45,040 nt of DNA from a plasmid. Positions 18,253 to 28,243 of this stretch are shown here, piece by piece. Below the pieces are notes generated by a model, which was given only the letters and a program-made list of their open reading frames with translations, was not told where the DNA came from and made no database searches. Position 1 is the stretch's first letter. The number at the start of each line of letters is the position of its first letter. Position numbers and translations under genes: made by a program. The stretch lies in the sequence record NZ_CP133434.1, one strand, 5' to 3'.

Positions 18253-18828
18253 ATGACGCAATCAGAGATGCTGAAATTAATTGCCAGACATGGTTATAAC
18301 GTTGGATTTGGCGCTAAGAAAAACTTTGCCACCTATGATCTAATTTGTAAGGCATCCGGTTGGATTAGCTTTATTTCTCTTGCTGTCGGTGTGTTCGCTC
18401 TTTTTATTCCTGAGCTAGCCACAAACGTAATTTCCGCGATATTAATTATATTTGGTGTTGCTACAATGTACATTCAGTTTTATGACTCGGAAAAGCAGAG
18501 TTATGAAAGTGCGGGGATTGAGCAGACAAAAATTTTTAATGAACTTGAAGTTATTTACCGCAACGTAAAAAGCGATGCAAACTTTGACTATCAGCATACA
18601 CAACAATCCATCGACGCTATCATGTCCCGGTTTTACGGCACGGTCATCAGCAAACAGATCTTCGGAAGTAACTGGTACGCACATTATAAATTTTACTGTG
18701 AATTTGAGAAAGCATGGGTTGAAGAAGAACTAAACTTGACACTGAAGGACAAAATCCCGCTTTCGCTCTGCTTTCTCGCCGGTCTGGCAATCATTTTCAT
18801 TATAGCTGTCATCTGGAAAATGCTCTGA
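18253..18828 (+). CDS. 2TM plus C-terminal TM membrane effector (SLATT-like), partner of the SMODS gene
   Basis: Follows the NTase after a 7-nt gap. Hydrophobic helices at residues ~36-77 and 168-188. Confidence 0.5.
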   Translation: MTQSEMLKLIARHGYNVGFGAKKNFATYDLICKASGWISFISLAVGVFALFIPELATNVISAILIIFGVATMYIQFYDSEKQSYESAGIEQTKIFNELEVIYRNVKSDANFDYQHTQQSIDAIMSRFYGTVISKQIFGSNWYAHYKFYCEFEKAWVEEELNLTLKDKIPLSLCFLAGLAIIFIIAVIWKML

Positions 18829-19001
18829 TGCTGCAGCCGATGAAAAATTAAGCAAGCTGACTGGCAAATATGCGATGTATAACCGGTATCATTATCCAGT
18901 GTACGTTCTATAAGGGGTGAGTTTGGATATGAGCTATAAATCTAATAAAAAGGCAGGGGGAAAAGATAGGATTTTTCACGTAGTCTCCGATAAAGTGACT
19001 A

Positions 19002-19826
19002 TTGATATTTAGCAATGAACATAAGGAAGGTACTGTGGGAACAACAAAAGATTGGGTTATACAAGTCGAGGAAAGTCGCCGTGAGGAATGGATACGAGAG
19101 CGGCTTTCCAGCCCAGATCTTGAGGAAGATTCTGAAGAATGGCAGTTACTTGAAAAGGACTATGACGAGTATCAGGATTTTCTTTCTGATATGGCTATGG
19201 AAGAATATGAAACCGAAAAATGGTTAAAACAGCATCCACATACAGAAATTTATAAAATAGCAATAAACCTTTTAGAACAAATAAAAGAAGAGGGAAAACA
19301 ATCTACAAGTGAAGTTTTCATAAAAATGAAAATCGCATACATTGTGACAATAATGGAAAACTGTCTTAGCGAAATGATTAAAAGCGTTGTATTGTCACAT
19401 AACAGATATGTAGAAAATGCCATAAGAAACATAAATGAACTGAAAGCAAAGAATATCTCTCTGTCTGAATTGATAAATAAAGAGTCTAATGCAAACAAAT
19501 ATGTACAGGAGTACCTTTCAGATATTCTTTATCATAGAATCCAACTGGTAGTTGAAATATATAAAGCAGTCCTGCAACCTAAGCAATATCCACGTTTTCC
19601 ACTCAAAAATATCAATGAATTGATGAAACTGAGGCATGACATAGTTCATCGTAACGGGAAAACGAAAACAACGGATGAAAAGATACATACATTCAATACA
19701 GCTACGCTCAATGATGCGTTTAAAGTTGTAGAGGAGTTTCTTAATAACATGATGAATTTGATCAGTGATGCTGTTGAGCATCATGAGAATGAGCAGATAG
19801 CCAGAGATCTTGAAGACGAGTTTTGA
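19002..19826 (+). CDS. HEPN-motif protein A (acidic N-terminal region, C-terminal Rx4H)
   Basis: C-terminal KLRHDIVHRNG. A likely start is GTG 19032, which follows aaggaagg. AT-rich. Confidence 0.45.
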   Translation: MIFSNEHKEGTVGTTKDWVIQVEESRREEWIRERLSSPDLEEDSEEWQLLEKDYDEYQDFLSDMAMEEYETEKWLKQHPHTEIYKIAINLLEQIKEEGKQSTSEVFIKMKIAYIVTIMENCLSEMIKSVVLSHNRYVENAIRNINELKAKNISLSELINKESNANKYVQEYLSDILYHRIQLVVEIYKAVLQPKQYPRFPLKNINELMKLRHDIVHRNGKTKTTDEKIHTFNTATLNDAFKVVEEFLNNMMNLISDAVEHHENEQIARDLEDEF

Positions 19827-21202
19827 GTAGTATTTTTACTATTCTGAAGGATTCTCAGAAACAAATGGAGCAGTACATGGCAACAAAAAAATACGAACTA
19901 ACAAAAGAATACTTTTTTCATGGTGAATTTTGGCACCAACTTGATGATAACAAAGGAAGATTTTCAGCACGAATTGAATATTCACCGTACCATGGTCTGA
20001 TTCTAGATTATTGTATTTCTGACAGTGAAAGCCCCAGAACATGTGAAATATTATATGGAGTCTTAAATACTGGAGAAAGATGTACTCTAATTGGGAAATT
20101 TGATTTCACACAAGGGAATATTCATTTTGATAAAGGGATTATCCATACTGGAAGGCATGGATTTCCCATAATGCTATTCAATGATTTTTATGCTCCCGAC
20201 TCAAAGATAGAATATTGTGATTTATCCTTGCACGGATTGCAAGAATTTATCCACCCTCACGGTTTTTTCACTCAATTGAAACATTTAGAACATCCAATAT
20301 TTATCGCAAAAGGAAACCATTGGACTCTTCAACTTGTCAACCATGTATCTTTTAGCGTAATTGGTGATGATCTATTAAACATAATAAATTGCCAAAACAA
20401 AGCCGCACTGGAGAACATAATTCATCAACTAAAAAAGACAAAAGAATTATACCCTGATGCTTTTTTCTCCATTAGAAAAGAACTTGTTTTCTACTTTAGG
20501 ATAAAATCATCTAATGATTTAGGAATAGAAGACCATATATCAAAGTGCTGGGATATTTCCGGGTTATTTTCAATTCTTCTGAACAAACCGACTCTTCCTG
20601 AAGAAATAAACATAAAGTTCAAGGGAAATGGTTCGAAGACACCATGTCTCTTAACAACGGGGTTTGAACAAAGAACTATTGACCTAGCGCTGAGAGAAAT
20701 AAAACATCAACTCCTTCCAATAAACAGGAAGCATATTAATCTTGGAAAGATATTCTGCAAATGGTTCAAAATAGCAGAAAGATATATGCCATTGACAATA
20801 ACATATCAGTATGAAACCGGTTTTCGAACACTGCATCAAGCTCATACTGATATTATATTGTTTGCGACTCAATTAGAAGCAATAAACAAAACAATAGGTG
20901 GCTCAAAAAATGAAAAATACATGAAACCCATTAATGAATATGCAAGTTTGTTTCTTATTCAAGAGATAGAGATGTTTTTTAAGAAATTCAACAATAAATC
21001 TATTGGTGAAAATATTGCTACACTCAGAAATGAATTAGCACATGTTGACCGCAAAAAGGAGTTAATGAACATATTGACGATTGGTGATTATGTTAAAATT
21101 GGAAACTACCTAAAAACAATTGTAACATCTTATCTGCTATCAGATTTAGGAATCAATAACATTATTATTGAAAAATATCAGGCTCAGACAATTCAAGAGT
21201 AA
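19823..21202 (+). CDS. HEPN-motif protein B (large N-terminal unknown domain, C-terminal Rx4H)
   Basis: IATLRNELAHVDRK near the C-terminus. Start overlaps the stop of gene A (TTG 19823), with an alternative ATG at 19877 preceded by ggag. Confidence 0.45.
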   Translation: MSSIFTILKDSQKQMEQYMATKKYELTKEYFFHGEFWHQLDDNKGRFSARIEYSPYHGLILDYCISDSESPRTCEILYGVLNTGERCTLIGKFDFTQGNIHFDKGIIHTGRHGFPIMLFNDFYAPDSKIEYCDLSLHGLQEFIHPHGFFTQLKHLEHPIFIAKGNHWTLQLVNHVSFSVIGDDLLNIINCQNKAALENIIHQLKKTKELYPDAFFSIRKELVFYFRIKSSNDLGIEDHISKCWDISGLFSILLNKPTLPEEINIKFKGNGSKTPCLLTTGFEQRTIDLALREIKHQLLPINRKHINLGKIFCKWFKIAERYMPLTITYQYETGFRTLHQAHTDIILFATQLEAINKTIGGSKNEKYMKPINEYASLFLIQEIEMFFKKFNNKSIGENIATLRNELAHVDRKKELMNILTIGDYVKIGNYLKTIVTSYLLSDLGINNIIIEKYQAQTIQE

Positions 21203-21371
21203 TAAAATATTATACAATTATCATTTAAATATAATAAGACGAGAAACGAGCAACGGAAAAGTAAAATCAATATCAATTTACCTCAATTTGCGCATTGAGG
21301 CCATTATCAACTCCAGTGCAACTAAACATGCTAATAAAGCCTCTAGAACAGAGGCTTTATATGAATATAGT

Positions 21372-21635
21372 TTAGCGTCTCTTCGCCCACTCTTTTTCAT
21401 CATCGGTGAGTTGTTCTTTATGCAAATAATCACCAGGGACAGGGGGAGGAGTAACCAGTTTAGGGCGCCCATTATCATCACGAACCGTCACCAGACCAAC
21501 TACCTCACCATTTTCTTTAAGCGCCCATGCAGCCAGTTGGTATACTGTTGACTTTCCTGCCACACCGGAGACATTATCGTGACGGAAATACCAGTCTGTC
21601 GCAGGGATAATTTGTTTGTAGGATGTATTACTCAT
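21372..21635 (-). CDS. Hypothetical protein (87 aa)
   Basis: Intact ORF in backbone-like GC. No motif recognised. Confidence 0.35.
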   Translation of the reverse strand: MSNTSYKQIIPATDWYFRHDNVSGVAGKSTVYQLAAWALKENGEVVGLVTVRDDNGRPKLVTPPPVPGDYLHKEQLTDDEKEWAKRR

Positions 21636-21685
21636 GGATTTTCTTCCTTAACAAAATGATAATATAAAACTATATCCTTGCCATA

Positions 21686-22147
21686 TTACTGCTCATCTGT
21701 TACTCCGTTCAAACTCTTATTGATACGAAAATCTTCCAGAGAACGCCCGGCTTTCAACGCTTCATCAATCGGTTTTGGCGCACGTCCACGACCAGACCAG
21801 TATTTCGTTTCACCATTTTCTTCAAATTGATACTTGGGTGGCGCTTTTGGTAACGTTTTTTTACGTGATTTTGGTGCTTCTTCGGACAGACCAAGCAGTT
21901 CTTCCGGTGAGAAACCCTCTCCGGCGATTAACTGAAGCAGTTCCTGACGTTTCCGTTCACGCTCTGCTCGTTCAGCCGCTTCACGTTCAGCATCTTCACG
22001 ACGTTCTTCAATAACAACGTTGAGCTTTTCCTGCATTTCGAGCAACTGCTCAAAATCAATCTCACGGGCAAACACACGCAATGAACGAATATTCATCATA
22101 GTCCGGCTGATAATGCCGTATTCATCTTCTTTAGTCAGTTCGCTCAT
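21686..22147 (-). CDS. hns: Plasmid H-NS-like nucleoid protein
   Basis: N-terminal coiled-coil. C-terminal ENGETKYWSGRGRAPKPI matches the H-NS DNA-binding loop (TWTGQGRTP). Confidence 0.85.
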   Translation of the reverse strand: MSELTKEDEYGIISRTMMNIRSLRVFAREIDFEQLLEMQEKLNVVIEERREDAEREAAERAERERKRQELLQLIAGEGFSPEELLGLSEEAPKSRKKTLPKAPPKYQFEENGETKYWSGRGRAPKPIDEALKAGRSLEDFRINKSLNGVTDEQ

Positions 22148-22162
22148 AATTAATCCTCTTGT

Positions 22163-22369
22163 TTAATGGACGTACTTCCATACGCCGGAAGGAACCTTAT
22201 CATAAAGTTTATTCATCACCAGTTCTGCACGGCGGTGATCTGCGGCAGAATAAAATGCCTCTGATTCTGATAAAGGCAGCTTGTAACGGTTAATCTCAAT
22301 AACTTTTTCAAGAGTATCTCTTGATGTACATTTTCTTAACTGAAAAAGCCATTCCTGCTTTGTTTTCAC
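22163..22369 (-). CDS. hha: Hha/YmoA family modulator
   Basis: 68-aa protein with [22 protein letters not shown], almost identical to the Hha core. Confidence 0.85.
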   Translation of the reverse strand: MKTKQEWLFQLRKCTSRDTLEKVIEINRYKLPLSESEAFYSAADHRRAELVMNKLYDKVPSGVWKYVH

Positions 22370-24519
22370 TTCTTAGCCCTTGCCGGAAAACCCAGCTTCC
22401 CTGTTTTCTTATCCTCAAGGACAAGAACTGTATCATACGTTCCACCACTTTTCTTTTTAAATCCCTTAATCAAATCGGTTTTCCCTGATTTAAGCAGTTT
22501 TCCGGCCTGTGCCTGGGTGATTTTCTTACCAGAAAACTCACTCCAGATTTTAAATTCACATCCGGTACAGAAATAACCTTTCGGCCTGATAACAATATGT
22601 TTACCACAGGAAGGGCAGGGAGAGTCCAGGCGTTGAAACTGCCCTGCTGGCGCAGCGGGCTCAATCTTCATCTCGCCCAGGTCAACATCAGAAATCATGC
22701 CTGTCAGTTCACCGTACAGCTCATTAATAAACTGTTCAACCGTCAGGTCGCCATTTTCTATGGCAGCCTGCTTTTCAGACCATAATGCTGTCATATCAGG
22801 ATTAACCGCTATACCAGGCAGGGCATCAATAAGCGCATATCCGGTATCAGTAGGAATAAGTTTCCCTTTTTCCAGCGTGATATAGTTTCTTTTCTTCAGC
22901 GTTTCCAAAATGGCTGCGCGGGTAGCTGGCGTACCAATGCCGCCATGTTCATCTTTTTTGTCTTTATCTTTATCCTTCAGCAATTTTTTAATCGTTGGAT
23001 CAGTGACAAAATCCGCGACACGAACAAGCGCAGCAAGCAAGGAGGCTTCGGTGAATAACGGCGGCGGTGTTGTTTTCTTCTCATTAACAACAACTTCTTT
23101 TGTCGTCAGTGTTTCTCCTGTGCGAATTTTACAGAGCAGTTCAAAAGCGGAATCATCATTATCTTCTGATTCACCTTCGTCTGTGGTTTCCGCGCCAAGA
23201 ACCCCCTCAAATCCGCTGTCAGTTGTTTTTCTGGCACGGGCATAGAACGACTCCTCACCACACTGAATGGCAACCGATACTTCCTGGTATGCTTTTTCAG
23301 GCATGAACTGAACAAGATAGTGTTGTGCGATCGCCAGGTAAACATTGCGCTCGTCGGTGCTGAGTGCGTTAACATCAGGCACACTGGCGGTCGGGATTAT
23401 AGCAGTATGCGCAGTCACCTTTTCACTGTTAAACGCTTTGCTTTTACGTGCAGAATCAATATCCAGCGACTGAGGAAAGACTGATTTCAGGGCATCGATA
23501 ACCTGCGGCGCTTCGCTGAATTGTTCATCAGAAAGATATGAGCAATCAGAGCGGTTATAAGTAATCGCTTTATATTTTTCACGTAATTGTTGCGTAATAT
23601 CCAGCGTTTTTTGTGCCGTCATTTTGAACTTTTTGTTCATGTATTGCTGGAGTCTGACCAGGTTAAACGGCAACGGCGCAGCCGTTTTTTTATCATCAGT
23701 TGCTGCCGCTTCAACTGTAGCCGGTTTTCCTGCAAGGGATGCTGCCGTTCCGTCTGCCCACGCGTTATCAAGTAATTTACGGTCTGTCAGCGGAGCAAAT
23801 TCCCCTGGCTTCCAGTTCGCCCTGATAACATCAGCACCACGCTGAAAGACTCCGGTCATGGTGTAGTAAAAACTGGATTTATGGTTCTGGTTAGCACGGG
23901 TACGATTCACAATCAGGCCAAGAACGGGCGTCTGGACGCGCCCGACAGACAGAACGCCCTGATATCCTCTGGCTTTTGCAGGAATGGTGTAAGCACGCGT
24001 CATGGAGAAACCATAGACGGCATCAGCAACTGAACGCGCCAGCGCCTTAAGGTAAAGCCCTTTGAAATCACGATTATCTTTAAGATTTGCCAGTGCCTTT
24101 TTCACTGCCGGAAGCGTGTTGTCGTTAATCAGAACGCGCTTTACGGGTTTTGTGTTTCCTGCATATTCCAGGACTTCATCAACAAGTAGCTGTCCCTCAT
24201 CATCAGGATCGCCAGCGTGAACAATTTCAGTCACGTCTCCACGTCTGATAAGTTCGAGAATCGTTTTAACCTGTTTTGCTGCACTTTCAACAGGCTGATA
24301 CTTCACGGGATAAAGACGTAAAGGAAGCGTTTCAACCTTCCAGGCTTTGTATTCAGGATTATAGTTTTCCGGCGGTTGTGATTCGATAATATGACCAAAA
24401 CAGTTAGTCACAATGGCGTTATCACTTTCAAACCAGCCATCATGGCGGGTAAAATTGCCACCAAGTGCCTTAACAATATCATTTGCTACTGCGGGTTTTT
24501 CTGCAATAAAAAGTCTCAT
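22366..24519 (-). CDS. topB: DNA topoisomerase III
   Basis: [21 protein letters not shown] Toprim N-terminus and a C-terminal Zn-ribbon CPSCGK...CTGC. Confidence 0.9.
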   Translation of the reverse strand: MRLFIAEKPAVANDIVKALGGNFTRHDGWFESDNAIVTNCFGHIIESQPPENYNPEYKAWKVETLPLRLYPVKYQPVESAAKQVKTILELIRRGDVTEIVHAGDPDDEGQLLVDEVLEYAGNTKPVKRVLINDNTLPAVKKALANLKDNRDFKGLYLKALARSVADAVYGFSMTRAYTIPAKARGYQGVLSVGRVQTPVLGLIVNRTRANQNHKSSFYYTMTGVFQRGADVIRANWKPGEFAPLTDRKLLDNAWADGTAASLAGKPATVEAAATDDKKTAAPLPFNLVRLQQYMNKKFKMTAQKTLDITQQLREKYKAITYNRSDCSYLSDEQFSEAPQVIDALKSVFPQSLDIDSARKSKAFNSEKVTAHTAIIPTASVPDVNALSTDERNVYLAIAQHYLVQFMPEKAYQEVSVAIQCGEESFYARARKTTDSGFEGVLGAETTDEGESEDNDDSAFELLCKIRTGETLTTKEVVVNEKKTTPPPLFTEASLLAALVRVADFVTDPTIKKLLKDKDKDKKDEHGGIGTPATRAAILETLKKRNYITLEKGKLIPTDTGYALIDALPGIAVNPDMTALWSEKQAAIENGDLTVEQFINELYGELTGMISDVDLGEMKIEPAAPAGQFQRLDSPCPSCGKHIVIRPKGYFCTGCEFKIWSEFSGKKITQAQAGKLLKSGKTDLIKGFKKKSGGTYDTVLVLEDKKTGKLGFPARAKK

Positions 24520-24612
24520 TTACTTATCCTTTAATATTACACTATAGATAACTTAAAACAACCACAAAAAGATCTTGCCTACGAAAGATCTTTTTGTTTA
24601 TATTTACGCATT

Positions 24613-25578
24613 ATGATTTTAAGTAAGTATTTCACTCTAATAAAAAGGTGGGGCATGTTACATAAAAAATCAGCACAAGAAAATGTAGCCTTCGGGCTTG
24701 CTGTACTTAAATACTATCTTCGTTTCAACTCCAAAGAGAATTTACAAGATGCTAATGTGAGTTCGGAGGAATTGATAAGCAATTTAATAAACATTTTGAA
24801 AGATACTAATTTTGTTTGCACGTCAGAAATTTCAGCCACATATCCAGGAATAGATGCCTTAGACAAAGAAAATAAACTAGGCCTTCAGATAACACATACA
24901 AAAAATACTTCAAAAATAAATAAAACAATAGATAAAATACGCATTAATAAAGTTAACGAAAAAATTGACACCTTATATTTTTTCATTACATCGGAAAGGC
25001 AGAAAAAATACACTATCAAAGCACAATGTCCAAAACTAAATGTCACAACAAATAATATATTAGACTTTGATGACCTAGCTAAACTGTTATCGAAAAGTCA
25101 GGATAAACTGAGTAAAGCAGAATCCGAACTTATGAAAGCAATGCCTCGTCTCTACCAAGAAGGAAAAGAACGGTATCAAGCAATGCTTAATAACATTCTT
25201 GAAACCAGAAATAAACTAGATCGAAGAGTATTCACTGCTAACAAAATCTTAGAAGAACCTGAAGAAATGCTGTTGTCCCTCAAAGAGATCAGGATAGATA
25301 TACAAAAAGATGGCATAATGAACAAAGCCAATCCTGCTGTCTCTGATTCATTTAATAAAATAATAAATATTATTGATGATGTAGAGAGTAAAATTGCTGT
25401 ACAATATCCCGATGAATACAAAAAATATAAAGCAAAGATCCTTCCATCGTGGAATTCTCCAGAAAAAGAAGAATGCTTAGATATTTTAATGGCTATAAGA
25501 AAAGATGTTTTGAAACAAATAGACAATATTGATATTGAGGTAAATAAGCTAAAAAGCATTCTTGATAATAACATTTAG
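24613..25578 (+). CDS. Hypothetical AT-rich orphan protein (321 aa)
   Basis: Divergent from topB. Lys/Asn-rich with low GC. No motif recognised. Confidence 0.45.
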   Translation: MILSKYFTLIKRWGMLHKKSAQENVAFGLAVLKYYLRFNSKENLQDANVSSEELISNLINILKDTNFVCTSEISATYPGIDALDKENKLGLQITHTKNTSKINKTIDKIRINKVNEKIDTLYFFITSERQKKYTIKAQCPKLNVTTNNILDFDDLAKLLSKSQDKLSKAESELMKAMPRLYQEGKERYQAMLNNILETRNKLDRRVFTANKILEEPEEMLLSLKEIRIDIQKDGIMNKANPAVSDSFNKIINIIDDVESKIAVQYPDEYKKYKAKILPSWNSPEKEECLDILMAIRKDVLKQIDNIDIEVNKLKSILDNNI

Positions 25579-25692
25579 GTTAATTAATAGCTTATTTACC
25601 GTCCATTAGCATGAGATAAAGTATAATTAGCGGGCAAGATAGATGCCCGCTTCTAAGAATAATATTCCTTTGGCGTGGGCATCAGGTTTTAA

Positions 25693-25995
25693 TTAATCTC
25701 TGACACGACCAAACTTACTCATGATTTTCGATATAGCAGCAGGATCAGCCGTTGAACACTGATTCAGAAATGCTTTACGGGCATCAAAAGTTTTACTCCA
25801 GCGAATGCTTCCTTTTTTCTTTTTCAGAATATTAAAAAAATCCTTTTCAGCACTTCTGCACTCACTCCCTCCACCTTGCCCGACTGCTTTTCCATATAAG
25901 CAAAGTACCGAAGCGCAAGGGTCAGATGCATACGCAGGTGCTGTCAGCCAGGACACAGTAAAAAATACGATTAGACTTTTGCATATCTTTTTCAT
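25693..25995 (-). CDS. Secreted small protein (signal peptide), T4SS-adjacent
   Basis: MKKICKSLIVFFTVSWLTAPAYA signal peptide with several Cys. Confidence 0.4.
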   Translation of the reverse strand: MKKICKSLIVFFTVSWLTAPAYASDPCASVLCLYGKAVGQGGGSECRSAEKDFFNILKKKKGSIRWSKTFDARKAFLNQCSTADPAAISKIMSKFGRVRD

Positions 25996-26405
25996 GGTAA
26001 CCTCTGAACATTTATTCTCGAAAGATAGATTTCAACATAGTCATTATTCAACCATCTTTTTAGTGGCTGATATTCAATAACACCTGTTGCACCATTTTTT
26101 CTTAGCCAGTCTTTCGCAGACCAGTAACTATCAAAAGAAGATGTCCTTACAACTATTTTTTCAGAGTGGGCAACTGCATAAAAAACAGAATCATCGTAAA
26201 GACGATTTTCTGGTTTAAAACCAGGTAACACCTTACTCCATGAGGAATTTATATTATCTGATTTAATAACGTTGGATGTTGGTGTCCAGTTAATTATTTG
26301 TGTATTCATAACTTCAGGCCGTTTTTCCCATTCAACCTGTGGCGGTTCAGGTGGAGAGGAACAGGCTGTGAGGAAAAGAATACTGATCATAAGTATTTTT
26401 TTCAT
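25992..26405 (-). CDS. Lipoprotein downstream of taxB
   Basis: Lipobox LFLTAC. Start overlaps the taxB stop. Confidence 0.45.
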   Translation of the reverse strand: MKKILMISILFLTACSSPPEPPQVEWEKRPEVMNTQIINWTPTSNVIKSDNINSSWSKVLPGFKPENRLYDDSVFYAVAHSEKIVVRTSSFDSYWSAKDWLRKNGATGVIEYQPLKRWLNNDYVEIYLSRINVQRLP

Positions 26406-28243
26406 AATAAAACCTCAGACTCCAGTTCTCCTACGGAGAGCATTTTTTCTTTTGACGGATATTTAAGCCCTTTCACACCAAATATTTTTTTCGTCTTATT
26501 TAGTTCCATCGTCAATGATGCCAGTTTAGGACTGACCTTCATTAATCTGTCCATAAAATACGGATCAAGGTAATAAAGTGCCTTTTCTGCTTTAACAGGG
26601 TTCGCCCCCTTCAGGATGATAAACTCTTCTTTAAAGTCCAGCGTTCCCAGCTCCTGTGGAAGCACCAGTGCTCTTCGGGCTTCACTTTCTGATTCGCCCT
26701 GTGATGTTGACCGTCCACGGCTCTTGCTTGTGCTCTTTGATGTAGTGGTAATATATCCAAGTTTTTCTGATATCTTCGCGGCATCATCCTCTTCGCTGAC
26801 AGCATAGATAATACGGCATGGATGAGCACTCATCAGCGTTTTGGCTCCCTCAATACCATAGATTTCATTTAGCTGACTGATATTCTGATAAATCGTCAGC
26901 AGTTTAAGTTTAAAACCTGCAATATACCCTGATCCCTTTTTAATAATTGGCATATAACCAATCGAAGGGAACTCATCAAGAAACATCAGGCAGTCATGTT
27001 TCAGGGTGGGATCAAAATCAGGATTTTCACGCAATGTCACTTCAACAACGAAGTTGAAAAACAGGTTCAGAAAATCGTAAGCCAGAGATATATCTTCCGC
27101 ATTAACACCGACATAAACAGTGATATCTTCCCGTCGCAACTGACGGAGATCGAAATCATTACCATCAGTACATTTACGAACGGTTGGGAGATAAAACAGG
27201 CTCATTTTCTTACGGAAAGAACCATCAATGCTTGAACGCTGTTCATCTTCCGTTTCGTGATATTCCCTGATTTTGGTCAGGGCATCGCGCAAATGATACA
27301 ACGCGTTTTCATCAAGCCCGTTTGTTCCCTCCAGTTCTTCCCGCTTACTGAGTATCAGTTCCCGGTCAATATTGCTGTACAAGTCGACGACAGAACCGAT
27401 TGAGAAAACGGGTTTAAGCCCGAACTCATTAAGCCAGGACGGCTCATAGTTAATAAAGAAATGAAGCAACTTAGCCAGTCCTGTCCAGTATTGACCCGCA
27501 AGATTATTAAAGTGCGCTTCTGCCCCTGTCATGCCATAAGACGGAAACAGAATTTCAATCAGTTTAAGCAGATCCTTAGCCCCACTCTCCGCTTTTAAAT
27601 CAATATAGAAAAGGGGATTAAACTGGTGTGTTTTACTGTTGAAAGGGTCGAGCAGATAAACTTTATTACCCAGCAGTATTTCACGCACCTTACTGGTAAT
27701 TTTCCACAATTCCTGTTTTGGATCTAACGCAATCAGAGAGTGTTTTCTGACCAGAAGATTAGGGATACCAATGGCGGCACCTTTACCTGCGCGGGTTCCT
27801 GCGCCAAGTGATACAAAATCTGGTGCGGTATACCACAGGTATTTACCTTTATATGCCCCGACGAGAATATCAGTATCGTTTTCTTTCTCCCATTTCAGAA
27901 GTTTCGATTTTCTTAAATCATTATCACTGGCAAACTTCGCGTCACCATAAAGAGCAACATCTGTTTTATTCAGTTGCCAGATAATAAAAACAGGCACGAT
28001 GAGAGACGAAACCATACCTGATAAAAGAGAGGGGATAGCGGTTAACCTGATATCTGTCCGTATATTACTCTCTGTTATTATTCGCCACAGGAGCATGGAA
28101 TCAAAATTTTTCCATATATAAAGCGGCGTTTTTCCGTTCAGGAAGTAAACAGCAACAGAACCAGTATAATATGTCACGAGACACATAACCAGACCGATAA
28201 AAGCCCACTGGCCTTTATCTGGGAGTTTTAAAGACATAATCAC
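26402..28243 (-). CDS. taxB: Type IV coupling protein (VirD4/TraG family)
   Basis: N-terminal TM helices, Walker A GAGTRAGKGAA, 613 aa. Confidence 0.85.
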   Translation of the reverse strand: MIMSLKLPDKGQWAFIGLVMCLVTYYTGSVAVYFLNGKTPLYIWKNFDSMLLWRIITESNIRTDIRLTAIPSLLSGMVSSLIVPVFIIWQLNKTDVALYGDAKFASDNDLRKSKLLKWEKENDTDILVGAYKGKYLWYTAPDFVSLGAGTRAGKGAAIGIPNLLVRKHSLIALDPKQELWKITSKVREILLGNKVYLLDPFNSKTHQFNPLFYIDLKAESGAKDLLKLIEILFPSYGMTGAEAHFNNLAGQYWTGLAKLLHFFINYEPSWLNEFGLKPVFSIGSVVDLYSNIDRELILSKREELEGTNGLDENALYHLRDALTKIREYHETEDEQRSSIDGSFRKKMSLFYLPTVRKCTDGNDFDLRQLRREDITVYVGVNAEDISLAYDFLNLFFNFVVEVTLRENPDFDPTLKHDCLMFLDEFPSIGYMPIIKKGSGYIAGFKLKLLTIYQNISQLNEIYGIEGAKTLMSAHPCRIIYAVSEEDDAAKISEKLGYITTTSKSTSKSRGRSTSQGESESEARRALVLPQELGTLDFKEEFIILKGANPVKAEKALYYLDPYFMDRLMKVSPKLASLTMELNKTKKIFGVKGLKYPSKEKMLSVGELESEVLL

